From contig JBFOMH010000017.1 in NCBI GenBank assembly GCA_040830765.1, positions 224,001-288,000 on the forward strand: 64,000 nt of DNA, in the 5' to 3' direction. Each line of letters starts with the position of its first letter. Position 1 is the stretch's first letter. The position numbers and the translations under genes were made by a program. Under the pieces are notes generated by a model. That model searched no databases and had not been told where the DNA came from. It saw only the letters and a program-made list of their open reading frames with translations. Below, in pieces: positions 29,424 through 40,628 of this stretch. The stretch is from Puniceicoccaceae bacterium. Lineage in GTDB: Bacteria > Verrucomicrobiota > Verrucomicrobiia > Opitutales > Oceanipulchritudinaceae.

Positions 29424-30427
29424 ACGCGAACCTCCTTCCAGATGGTTTGCTGCCAGTTCATGTTGCCGAGGCCCCGCTCGTGGGCCTTGTGGAGGTAATC
29501 CAAGCCCGCGATGTCGCGCTCGAGAAGATTCGTGTAGCCATAGCTGTCGACGGCGACCATGTCAGTCCCGGCCACGACGGTGCCCATCTCCTTGACGTCC
29601 GAAAGCCGACCGCCGGTTGGCCCGTTGCTGATGAGCACGCTCATGCCGTCAAGGACGACCAGTGAGGGCTTAACCATCAGCGCAAAATCGGAAATGATGC
29701 TGTGAATGTGCTGGTGAAACTGGTTGCGACGTCCGCCGAGGAGCCCGTACCAGTTCTTCATGGTCATGGAGGCGCTGCAGAGGTTGTGGTCCTTGCAGGG
29801 GGCAATCCCGATGACCTTGTCAGCCTTTTCGAAGGGACGGTAGAAAAGGGGCCAATGGCGGAGGATTTCCCCTTCCAGCTCAAGGTTGGTAAAGGCGCTT
29901 TGCTCGGGATACATGAGCTCGAGGTCCAGCTCCCCGGCCACGGCCTGGAGGCCGCTCTTGAGGAAGCATCCCGCCGGGCTGTTGATCGGATTGTCCGCGA
30001 CAATGATCTTTTTTGCTCCGGCCTCGAGGACCAGTTGGGCAATCACTCGCAGGCTGTCCGGATGGGTTGTTGCTGCCAGGGCCGGCGGCCGGTCAAAGGC
30101 CACGTTCGGTTTCAGCAAGACCACATCTCCCTTACTAATAAATCGTTGAATGCCCCCGAGGGCATCAATGGCCGCCCGTGTCACGGCAAAGCGATCGGAG
30201 CCATGGGCAATTCCCAGATCTGCCTGGGAAGCGGTTTTTTCTGCAACAAAGCTAGGGAGGGTAATGCCTGACTGTTCCTGAAAACCGGGGACAAAATGCT
30301 CCCGCTGCCAGAGGTAGAATCCGGCTGCCATCGCCCCTGCCGATGCTGTCCCCGTCAAGGCCATGTGCCGCAGGAATTGGCGGCGGTTCATGCCTTTGGG
30401 ATCGGGTTCGACGGGTGGACGGGGCAT
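29420..30427 (-). CDS. Tat-signal DUF362 family protein
   Basis: ATG 30427 with AAGGAA RBS. NRRQFL Tat motif. [38 protein letters not shown] and DMVAVD. Confidence 0.88.
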   Translation of the reverse strand: MPRPPVEPDPKGMNRRQFLRHMALTGTASAGAMAAGFYLWQREHFVPGFQEQSGITLPSFVAEKTASQADLGIAHGSDRFAVTRAAIDALGGIQRFISKGDVVLLKPNVAFDRPPALAATTHPDSLRVIAQLVLEAGAKKIIVADNPINSPAGCFLKSGLQAVAGELDLELMYPEQSAFTNLELEGEILRHWPLFYRPFEKADKVIGIAPCKDHNLCSASMTMKNWYGLLGGRRNQFHQHIHSIISDFALMVKPSLVVLDGMSVLISNGPTGGRLSDVKEMGTVVAGTDMVAVDSYGYTNLLERDIAGLDYLHKAHERGLGNMNWQQTIWKEVRV

Positions 30428-30440
30428 TTTTCGGTTCCTT

Positions 30441-31556
30441 TTAAAAGATGTATTCCTCCTCGGATTCGGCTTCAGCAGTCCCAAAATGGGTTTGCAGGAA
30501 ATTAACGGCAAGGTCCCGGTCGTTTGCGTTGACGACCCCCGCGACGGTTTGTCCGGAGGTCAGGATGATGTTCCATTGGCCAAAGCTCTCAGCGACAAAG
30601 ACCTCAGCATCTCCGATTGCCGGAGCTTCCTCGAGCGAGCCAAATTTTCCATAGAAGTCACGAACCGCCTCCCATGTGCCGCTGGCTTCTTCCGCGGTGG
30701 GGGCGTTCATGCCAAAGAGCGTCAATTCCTGTCCGCCGGATTCGTATTTGGCTTCAAAGATACCGGAAAGGGCGCTTTGTCCGTAGGCATCTTCGCTGAT
30801 ATACGTTAGGCTGCCAGGGATTTGTCCCTCCGCCGGGAGAAGGAATCGGCCCTCAAGGCCGGCATTGTTTTCGGGAAGACTGGCCGCCAACTCCTTCGAC
30901 AAGGACTCCGCCAGTGTCATGATTGCCGGATCGCTGGAGGAGGTGATGACTTGCACGTAGGTTGTCCCCTGGCGCATGAAATAACCCATCCCGCTGCGAT
31001 ATCCATCGGCGATGAAATCCAAGGTGGCACCAGCCTCACTGCGCTCGATTGAGAATATTCCGAAGGCGTTGATCGGGGAATCCATCCGGAAGAGGTAGGC
31101 ATCGATGAAGTCACCGGCGGTGCCCTCAACGAGGAAGGAACGGGAGATCAGTTCCTGGAAATTGAATTGGAAATAAGCAGGGGCCCGGCCGTTGATTTTT
31201 TCGAAGAGGGTTGCCTCATTGTAAATTTCTGTCGGCCCGAGGGGACTCAATCCGGCCACGGCGGTGGCAAGTTCCTTGCCGGTGGTGGTTGTAACGGATT
31301 GCCCGGATCCTGCCATCTCGTAGGCGCGCAGGTCGCCGGCTCCGCGCACGGTGGCGGCTTTGCCTTCAACCGCGACACGGGTCGACTCGAGTGCTTCGGG
31401 GTCCCCCGTATAGAGGGTGGCGTCGTAGGAACGGCCCTTGTACACCAGTCCGATGCCGAGAATCACGAGGATAAGGAGGATGCCCCCACCAATGGATTTC
31501 TCCAACAAACTTATGTCGGTGCGGTAGAAATCCCTTTTGTTAACGCTTTGCGGCAC
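30441..31556 (-). CDS. Membrane-anchored periplasmic protein (DUF6599-like)
   Basis: Single N-terminal TM. LFEKINGRA..Y..F.F and FRMDSPINAFGIFS pattern. First gene of the Tat/Fe-S operon. Confidence 0.7.
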   Translation of the reverse strand: MPQSVNKRDFYRTDISLLEKSIGGGILLILVILGIGLVYKGRSYDATLYTGDPEALESTRVAVEGKAATVRGAGDLRAYEMAGSGQSVTTTTGKELATAVAGLSPLGPTEIYNEATLFEKINGRAPAYFQFNFQELISRSFLVEGTAGDFIDAYLFRMDSPINAFGIFSIERSEAGATLDFIADGYRSGMGYFMRQGTTYVQVITSSSDPAIMTLAESLSKELAASLPENNAGLEGRFLLPAEGQIPGSLTYISEDAYGQSALSGIFEAKYESGGQELTLFGMNAPTAEEASGTWEAVRDFYGKFGSLEEAPAIGDAEVFVAESFGQWNIILTSGQTVAGVVNANDRDLAVNFLQTHFGTAEAESEEEYIF

Positions 31557-31626
31557 AGGTTAAGGAAAAATATAATTTCCGCCGCTAGGCAATGACGAAT
31601 TCAGTGGGGCTGTTTTGAGGTCATAT

Positions 31627-31669
31627 AAAATGAAGCCCCCGGCGAGGCATAAAGCACTCCACCGGGGGC
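31627..31669 (-). terminator. Probable intrinsic terminator after the fasciclin gene
   Basis: Imperfect GCCCCCGG...CCGGGGGC stem followed by TTCATTTT on the minus strand. Confidence 0.55.
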
Positions 31670-31713
31670 GGCTTAGGAGGGAAAGGAACCCGTTAAGTTA
31701 GATAAAGAAGCAC

Positions 31714-33024
31714 TTACTCACCGGCGGGCGGGAGGATAACTGCATCGAGGACATGGATGACCCCATTCGAGGCGGCCACGTCAGTGGCAATGATATTGGC
31801 ATCATTGATCTTGAGGGTGCCTGCTTCGGTGACGGACAGGGTGGCCATGTCTCCATTTGCCATCGTCGGATCGCCTGGGCTCACTTCACTGGAGTAGACC
31901 TGGGCTTCGATGACGTGGTAGAGAAGGATGTCGGCCAATGCCTCAGGGGACAGGGCGGCTACCAGGTCCGGGCCAGTATTTCCTTCACCAAGGACGGCAG
32001 CGGCAGCTGCATCAAACGCATCGTTAGTCGGCGCGAAGACGGTGAAAGGTCCCGGGCTCATCAGAGTGTCGACCAGATTTGCCTTCGTAGCCGCAGCGGC
32101 GAGGTAGCTAAAACCAGCATCCACAGCTACACCAACAATGTCCTTCGGCGGGAGGAGAACGCTGTCAATCACGTGGATTACGCCGTTACTGGCCTCGATG
32201 TCGGCCCAGGTCACCATGGTCGTGGTGTTGAGCATGATTCCGAAAGGCGTCACGTCGACCTTGAGGTCAGCGCCATTGACGGTTTCCACATAACCACTGA
32301 TGTACTCACCCTTGAGGATGGCTCCCAAGTCGAGTCCCAAGGTTCCGGACATGACGCGACCCGGGACTACGTGGTAGGTGAGAATGCCGGTCAGGGTTTC
32401 CTTGTCGAGGGCACCCAGCAATTCTACAGCTGTATTGCCTTCTCCGAGGATGCCAGCGGCAGCATTGTCGAATGCCTCGTTAGTCGGCGCGAAGACGGTG
32501 AAGGGTCCTTCAGAAGACAAGGTGCCGGCCAATTCAGCCTGCAGCACAGCGGCGACGAGGGAAGAAAAGTCGTCAGTGGCGACGGCGATGTCGACAATCG
32601 TATCTGTGGTGCTCTTGGACAGGAATACCTTATCGGCAGTTCCAAGATTTACAAAGACACGCGGTGTGCCAGCCGGTCCTTCCACACCGGATACAAAATA
32701 GAGGAAGGTCAGTGGGCGGACATAAAAATAGGGGAACCATGACTTGTTGGTGTAGATCCAGCCATTGAAACTCTCGCCCAGGGCATCAACGTTCGGGTCG
32801 TAAATCCAGAGTCCGTTGCCGAAAGCAGAGATATAGAGGCGACCATGCTCGGTATGGTTGATCCAACCGCGGTCCTCCAACATCCCAGCTTCGGGCGTGT
32901 AGGTGCCGAACCAGTTTGTGTAGGAACCGTCATCGTTCATGACAGCATCATCAAGAGCCGGTGCCAAAGCCCAAAGGCCAGTGGCAGCAGCGAGGAAGAG
33001 ACATGTGTTGAGTATCTTTTTCAT
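31714..33024 (-). CDS. Secreted protein with Trp/Tyr-rich N-domain and two fasciclin (FAS1) domains
   Basis: ATG 33024 (MKKILN..., signal peptide) with GGAGG upstream. Two copies of GPFTVFAPTN.AF, ILxYHV and ASNGVIHV.D.V.LP. Confidence 0.92.
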   Translation of the reverse strand: MKKILNTCLFLAAATGLWALAPALDDAVMNDDGSYTNWFGTYTPEAGMLEDRGWINHTEHGRLYISAFGNGLWIYDPNVDALGESFNGWIYTNKSWFPYFYVRPLTFLYFVSGVEGPAGTPRVFVNLGTADKVFLSKSTTDTIVDIAVATDDFSSLVAAVLQAELAGTLSSEGPFTVFAPTNEAFDNAAAGILGEGNTAVELLGALDKETLTGILTYHVVPGRVMSGTLGLDLGAILKGEYISGYVETVNGADLKVDVTPFGIMLNTTTMVTWADIEASNGVIHVIDSVLLPPKDIVGVAVDAGFSYLAAAATKANLVDTLMSPGPFTVFAPTNDAFDAAAAAVLGEGNTGPDLVAALSPEALADILLYHVIEAQVYSSEVSPGDPTMANGDMATLSVTEAGTLKINDANIIATDVAASNGVIHVLDAVILPPAGE

Positions 33025-33404
33025 AACGTCGATATAATACCTCCTAAATCCGTCCATATTCGCAGTTTGTGAGGAATGGTTGAAAATTCCGTTTGATGGG
33101 TGTCCCGAGGGTTGAGTGGTTCGGTCCGAATAGGTCGCTTTTTGGCTAATATTTATGGACTTTCGTGCTCATGCTTGGTGTATTTACAATAATTTCTCCT
33201 GAATTTAAATTGTTTCGTTTGTGGAATGCAGTTTCTAAGCCCTTGATACCAATAGGGTTATTCAAAGTGCGCGCCCGTGGGGCATGCTCAGATTTGCTTC
33301 CGGTGGGTTTATTTCAGAAAACTAAGAAAAATGTCTTGCAAAAGTAGGGTAAATCACCCACATTGGTTGGGTCTTAAAATATAAACCTTAGTACAGGAAC
33401 TGTT

Positions 33405-34124
33405 ATGAACATCAACAAACTGGTCTCTCTATTCGCTGCCTTAGGGGTCTTTACCGCCGGGACGGCTCACGCGCAAATCGTCGGATTTGAAACCGACTAT
33501 AGCTTCCTTGTTGGGGGTTACATAAATACCGATCCCGATACTTTTGCAGATCTCAATGCGCTGGTTGAAGTCGATTTTCTCTATGCGACTCCTTCCGAAT
33601 TACTTTTAACTGGTATTGACGTCAGGGTCACAAATTATGGCCCGGCTGAATCAGCCATCACTGGTTTCTGGCTGCAGAGTCCAGCGGGTGGAACGGTTGA
33701 CACATTGGCACCCGGATCACCTTATATAGGCTCTACCGACGAATGGACCCTGGATACAGCACTTCCGAATTCCATGAATGGGCCCGTAGACCAATTGGGT
33801 GACCCAGACAACAGTCTGTATTTCGGCGCCAGTTCCGGCGAGCGGCTAGATTTTCCGACACCGGATCCTGTCGGTTACTTCTCATTTGATATTAATCCGG
33901 ATTTACTCCCGTTCGATGAGGTTGCATGGGCTGCCCAAGGCGATGCCACTAACCCGCTACTCTTTGTTCGTTGGCAGGAAGTTTTCGGAACGGAAAGTGG
34001 CAAGGGTGCCGGTGGTCCTGGCTTTGAGCCGGGTGTCCCCGAGCCGAGCGAAGTCGCTGCCCTTGCAGTCCTTGGACTGGGTGGCATTCTCTTCGTCCGC
34101 CGCCGCTTCACCAAGAAGAAGTAA
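33405..34124 (+). CDS. PEP-CTERM sorting-signal surface protein
   Basis: Signal peptide (AHA|Q). C-terminus VPEPSEVAALAVLGLGGILFVRRRFTKKK. Confidence 0.92.
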   Translation: MNINKLVSLFAALGVFTAGTAHAQIVGFETDYSFLVGGYINTDPDTFADLNALVEVDFLYATPSELLLTGIDVRVTNYGPAESAITGFWLQSPAGGTVDTLAPGSPYIGSTDEWTLDTALPNSMNGPVDQLGDPDNSLYFGASSGERLDFPTPDPVGYFSFDINPDLLPFDEVAWAAQGDATNPLLFVRWQEVFGTESGKGAGGPGFEPGVPEPSEVAALAVLGLGGILFVRRRFTKKK

Positions 34125-34151
34125 ACAAACACTTTAAAGCAGTTCCTTTTC

Positions 34152-34183
34152 ACCTCCGGGCCCAAAAGCCCGGAGGTTTTTTT
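34152..34183 (+). terminator. Intrinsic terminator
   Basis: ACCTCCGGGC-ccaaaa-GCCCGGAGGT perfect stem followed by a T-run. Confidence 0.9.
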
Positions 34184-34281
34184 ATTGGGGGGGAAGACAG
34201 TGGCGATGATAGGAGGCGCTGCCCGAAAACAGGTACGGATTGCAGTGGACAACAACCCGGAGCTTCTTTTCGTTGTCGAGC

Positions 34282-34644
34282 ATGGCCTATGAACTAAATG
34301 GAACGATCAAGAAGATTTTCGACCAGCAGGACTTCCCGAGCGGATTCTACAAGCAGGAGTTTGTGGTGACGACGGATGAGCGCTTTCCCCAGGACATCAA
34401 GTTGGATTGCCTGAAGGAGAAAGTGGAGATGCTGAAGGATTTCCAGGAAGGGTCCGCGGTAAAGGTGTCCTTCGACATCCGCGGACGGGAATGGAACGAC
34501 CGTTATTTTGTCGACCTGTCGGCATGGAAGATTGAGCCGGCCGAGGAAGGTAGCTCCGAAGCGCCTCCGGTCATGGAGCAATCCCAGCCGGCCGAGGACC
34601 CTGCCCAATACGGCATTGAGGAGGATGACGAGGTCCCCTTTTGA
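34282..34644 (+). CDS. DUF3127 family OB-fold-like protein
   Basis: ATG 34282. F.SGF.KQEFV, FPQDI, VSFDIRGREW..RYF..L.AWKI and acidic tail DDEVPF. Confidence 0.85.
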   Translation: MAYELNGTIKKIFDQQDFPSGFYKQEFVVTTDERFPQDIKLDCLKEKVEMLKDFQEGSAVKVSFDIRGREWNDRYFVDLSAWKIEPAEEGSSEAPPVMEQSQPAEDPAQYGIEEDDEVPF

Positions 34645-35792
34645 AGCCGTCTGACACCATTGGATGCGTAGCGACCTGCCGGCCCGGGCTGGAAGGGGTC
34701 CTTGCTGCGGAGATCCAGTTGCACGGGGGCGCGGCCGTCCGCAAAGGCAAGCGCTCGGTCCACTTCAATACGGACCAGGCCGGGTTGTACCGCATGAACA
34801 TGGCCCTGCGGACGGCCATTCAGGTGCTGGTGCCCGTGCGGACCTTCAATGCCCGGGATTACAAGTTGCTTTACTTCCAGGCCCGACGAACCAACTGGCA
34901 TCAGTATTTCCATGCCGGGAAGTCCCTGCGGATCGATGTCAACGGGCGCTCGCCAAACCTCCGCAATACCCAGTATGTCGTCCATCGGGTGAAGGACGGG
35001 ATCGTCGATACCTTCCGGAAACTGAGCGGTGGCATCCGGCCCTCGATCGACAAGGCGGAGCCGGAAATCCATGTCGTGGTGCACCTTGATGGAAACAAGG
35101 TCACGCTCTGCCTCGACAGCTCGGGCATACCCCTGTTCAAGCGGGGATACCGTCTGGAGCATGGCGGGGCACCCCTTAAGGAGGATCTGGCGGCGGGCAT
35201 TCTTCTACTGGGAGGATTGAAGCCCGGCGTGGGCCTGGTGGATCCGGTCTGTGGTTCGGGGACCTTTCTTTTTGAAGGCTGGATGATCCAGAACAAGGTA
35301 GCGCCTAACCTGAACCGGGGATTCGCCTTCCAGCACTGGGAGGACTTTGATGAAGCTCTTTACCTGCAGGAGAAGCAGAAATTGCAGGATGCTGAGCTGA
35401 AGAACGGCCAGGCGATCGTCCTTGGCAGTGACATTGACGGGGAGATTGTCCGCCTGGCTACTGGGATCCGGGATGACTCTTTTAGGGACAGCGGTATAGA
35501 GATCCGGCATTCAAGTTTCCAGGACTTGGAGGCAACGGTCGAAGACGGCCTGATGGTGGCCAATCCTCCCTATGGCGAGCGCATTGGCAGCGATGAAGAC
35601 CTTGGCCCGCTCTACAAGGATCTGGGATATGCCGCAAAGCGCGTGGTACCCGGAGGGCAATTGGCCGTTTTCACGACCAACCGGAAGGCGGCCCGGCAGA
35701 TCCGGCTTAAGGTGGACCAGGCCCTGACTTTATTCAATGGGGCCCTGGAAGGCTTGCTTTACCGCTACAGCTTGAAGAAGCTGGGGGAGTGA
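34641..35792 (+). CDS. THUMP-domain rRNA m2G methyltransferase (RlmL-like)
   Basis: GLEGVL, LDSSG..LFKRGYR, APLKEDLAA, DPVCGSGT and NPPYGER. Confidence 0.9.
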   Translation: MKPSDTIGCVATCRPGLEGVLAAEIQLHGGAAVRKGKRSVHFNTDQAGLYRMNMALRTAIQVLVPVRTFNARDYKLLYFQARRTNWHQYFHAGKSLRIDVNGRSPNLRNTQYVVHRVKDGIVDTFRKLSGGIRPSIDKAEPEIHVVVHLDGNKVTLCLDSSGIPLFKRGYRLEHGGAPLKEDLAAGILLLGGLKPGVGLVDPVCGSGTFLFEGWMIQNKVAPNLNRGFAFQHWEDFDEALYLQEKQKLQDAELKNGQAIVLGSDIDGEIVRLATGIRDDSFRDSGIEIRHSSFQDLEATVEDGLMVANPPYGERIGSDEDLGPLYKDLGYAAKRVVPGGQLAVFTTNRKAARQIRLKVDQALTLFNGALEGLLYRYSLKKLGE

Positions 35793-36751
35793 AACCCTTC
35801 CTCGACATCCGGAACGTTACCAAGTCATTTGGTTCGCTGAAGGCAGTCGACGATGTCAGTCTGCAGGTCTATCCAGGAGAGATATTTGCCCTTCTGGGGC
35901 CCAATGGGGCTGGCAAAACAACCTTGATTGGCTGCATCAGCGGGTTGATTCAACGCTTCAGTGGCTCCATCACGGTGGACGGATTTGATGTCCGCCGGGA
36001 CTATCCGGTCGTGCGACAATTAATTGGCTTGGTGCCTCAGGAGCTCAATTTCGACGGCTTTTTCAAGACCCGCCATGTGCTTGAGTACCAAGGGGGATTT
36101 TTTGGGAACCGCAAATACCGGCAACGCTCAAACGAACTCCTGAAGACCTTCACCCTGTCCGACAAGGCGGAATCCAACAGTCGCTGGCTCTCCGGTGGGA
36201 TGAAACGCCGCCTGATGATCTGCAAGGCCCTGACGCACCGACCAGCCCTGCTGTTTCTCGACGAACCGACGGCCGGGGTGGATGTCGAATTGCGGGATGA
36301 GCTTTGGAGCTACGTCCGTCAGCTGCGGGAGGCCGGAACGACTATTGTCCTGACAACCCATTACCTTGAGGAGGCCGAGGAGCTGGCAGATCGCATTGGT
36401 GTCATCAACCATGGTAAGCTCGTCCTGCTGGAGCGACGCGATGATTTGCTCAACACCTATGGCGAGCGCTGGCTGGATGTCCGGCTCGACAAGCCGGCCC
36501 GGGAGGAGTGGTTTGCCGGCATGGGCTGTAGCCGCATCGAAGTTCTCGGTGAAAACCACTTTCGCTTCTCCTTTCAGGATTCAACCTTGGCGGAATTGGA
36601 TGAACATTCCGTCCCTGCACAATTGTTCCGTATATTCATTGAGAAGGGATTGACGCCCCTCCGGATCGATGGCGGGCGCAGCCGGCTGGAGGACATTTTC
36701 CGCAAGGTGGTGGGACAGGATAATTCACCCGGGAGTGAGGTGTCATCATGA
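35789..36751 (+). CDS. ABC-2 transporter ATP-binding protein (YadG-like)
   Basis: GPNGAGKTT, LSGGMKRR, LDEPTAGVD and TTHYLEEAE. Confidence 0.93.
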   Translation: MKPFLDIRNVTKSFGSLKAVDDVSLQVYPGEIFALLGPNGAGKTTLIGCISGLIQRFSGSITVDGFDVRRDYPVVRQLIGLVPQELNFDGFFKTRHVLEYQGGFFGNRKYRQRSNELLKTFTLSDKAESNSRWLSGGMKRRLMICKALTHRPALLFLDEPTAGVDVELRDELWSYVRQLREAGTTIVLTTHYLEEAEELADRIGVINHGKLVLLERRDDLLNTYGERWLDVRLDKPAREEWFAGMGCSRIEVLGENHFRFSFQDSTLAELDEHSVPAQLFRIFIEKGLTPLRIDGGRSRLEDIFRKVVGQDNSPGSEVSS

Positions 36752-37626
36752 ATTCTCAGGATGAAAGTTCAGGCAGGAATCCAGTCTACCCCGAGCTCAA
36801 ACCGCAATGGGTTGAATCCGCCCAGCAACATATTTCCGCAGTGCGTTCCCGGGGTCAGGCGGAATCCGGTTTTTGGGGAACCTGGACCTTGTTCAAGAAG
36901 GAGATGCACCGTTTCCTCTCCATTGCCGGGCAAACGGTCGTCAGTCCCGTGCTGACCACGATGCTCTGGTATCTGGTTTTTGGATACTCCCTGGGCGACC
37001 GTCTGGATGAGATCAACGGCATTCCCTACACCGATTTCCTTGTCCCGGGCCTGGTTATGATGGCCATCATTACCAATGCCTTTCTCAACAGCGCCTTTTC
37101 CTTTTTCATCGGCAAGGTCCACGGCACGGTCGTTGATCTGCTGGTATCACCACTGCGCCCCTGGCAGATCGCCATGGCCTACACATCGGCCAGTGTCGTC
37201 CGGGCGGTATCCGTGGGCTCCGTAATTTGGATTGTCGCGGCCGCGATGGGAGCAGGAACGACTTTCCATGTGGGGTGGACGCTCCTCTTCATGCTCCTGA
37301 CCAGTTTTGCCTTTGCTCTTTTGGGACTGGCCACGGGCATCCTCGCCAAGGACTTTGACCACATAAACTTCATCCCGAATTTCCTGCTCCTTCCCCTGAC
37401 CTTCCTGGGCGGTGTCTTTTACTCCATTCGCCTGCTGCCATCCCCGTGGGACAGCGTTTCGCTTTTCAATCCGATCATTTATATGGTCAACGGGCTACGC
37501 TATGGCATGACCGGAGTAACCGATGTGCCGATCCTGCCGGGTGTGGCCATCTCCGCCGGAAGTGTCCTTGCCGGATTGGTGATCGTCCTCTGGCTTATTT
37601 CCACCGGACGCGGACTCAAGCCTTGA
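36748..37626 (+). CDS. ABC-2 transporter permease (YadH-like)
   Basis: Y..FLVPGLVMM, PLTFLGGVFYS and NPIIYMVNGLRYG. About 6 TM segments. Confidence 0.92.
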   Translation: MNSQDESSGRNPVYPELKPQWVESAQQHISAVRSRGQAESGFWGTWTLFKKEMHRFLSIAGQTVVSPVLTTMLWYLVFGYSLGDRLDEINGIPYTDFLVPGLVMMAIITNAFLNSAFSFFIGKVHGTVVDLLVSPLRPWQIAMAYTSASVVRAVSVGSVIWIVAAAMGAGTTFHVGWTLLFMLLTSFAFALLGLATGILAKDFDHINFIPNFLLLPLTFLGGVFYSIRLLPSPWDSVSLFNPIIYMVNGLRYGMTGVTDVPILPGVAISAGSVLAGLVIVLWLISTGRGLKP

Positions 37627-37643
37627 TGGCAGTGGGATAGAAC

Positions 37644-39650
<2,007 letters not shown>

Positions 39651-39694
39651 GGTGATCTACAAAAGCGTTAAATGAATGCGGCCGCTACTATCCC

Positions 39695-40471
39695 TTAAAA
39701 CCGGGAAACGGATGTGGCTGAGCTCCACCAGCGGTGGTGAACTCCCTCGAGTTCCTCTTCGCCAGGGAAGGGATAAAAGAGGAAATCCTCCTGGTCCCCG
39801 ACATAAAAGCCCCGCTCAACTACCGGATACAGCAGAGCCTTGTTGAAGTCCCGGTGGACGATTTTCGTCATTTTGTCGGACTTGTACTTCAGGGAAGTCA
39901 GGCACTCCCTGAGGTGATTCATATCGTTGTAGGGCAAGTTGGAAGCGGAGCTCTTTTCCGGGTCTGTCGCCATGCCGTCCAGGCGCAGATCGCAGAAAAC
40001 CATCCTCGGGAGGCAGACCGGGTTGTCCGGATTGGTGACGTATCGGGCAAAGGCTTTTGGAGAGAGTGGGCTCGCTACCTTTGGAAAAACGGGACAAATC
40101 TCCTGATAGAGGTGAAAGCCTTGTCGGGCGGGCGGCTCTTCCTCGGTAGGGGACAATTCCAGAGTTATACCATCCTTTGTCGTGAGGTAGAGTTTCCCCA
40201 GTGCAGAGACAGGAATGTTGGCGAGTACGTTGTAGACGGAAATGTAGGTTGAGCGCCTCGGTGAACCGTCCGGATGAGGAGCAACTTTCTTACGGGCTTC
40301 CTCAAGCTTGAACGCATCGGAGGAAAATGCCGGGTCGAGGGCGAAGAAGATTGCCGGGCCCCGGGTTAGCTTCTTGTCACCGATGGCAAGGTATTTGCCA
40401 AACCGGTCCGGAGGTAGTTGCGAATAAATGAGGGCTTCAGGAATGAGGGATAGATATAGATAAGTTTCCAT
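39695..40471 (-). CDS. Hypothetical cytoplasmic protein with apparent internal two-fold repeat
   Basis: 258-aa ORF co-oriented 44 bp upstream of hppA. No family recognised. Confidence 0.75.
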   Translation of the reverse strand: METYLYLSLIPEALIYSQLPPDRFGKYLAIGDKKLTRGPAIFFALDPAFSSDAFKLEEARKKVAPHPDGSPRRSTYISVYNVLANIPVSALGKLYLTTKDGITLELSPTEEEPPARQGFHLYQEICPVFPKVASPLSPKAFARYVTNPDNPVCLPRMVFCDLRLDGMATDPEKSSASNLPYNDMNHLRECLTSLKYKSDKMTKIVHRDFNKALLYPVVERGFYVGDQEDFLFYPFPGEEELEGVHHRWWSSATSVSRF

Positions 40472-40628
40472 AATGTAAGGAGTGAGGTATGAGGGAGAAT
40501 GACCAAAAACGGGGGAAAATCAAGCGCTGTGGAAAGTTATGGGAATTGCCTTTCGGAGTTCCATCCAGTGGCCAATTGAAGGTCTTTTCCCTTGCCCACA
40601 TTCGGGCCCTGAAAAAGATGGGCAGGTT

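Noticed and set aside
33221..33300. Sigma-54 promoter upstream of the PEP-CTERM gene
   Set aside because: The candidate GG...GC pairs do not show the required -24/-12 spacing.
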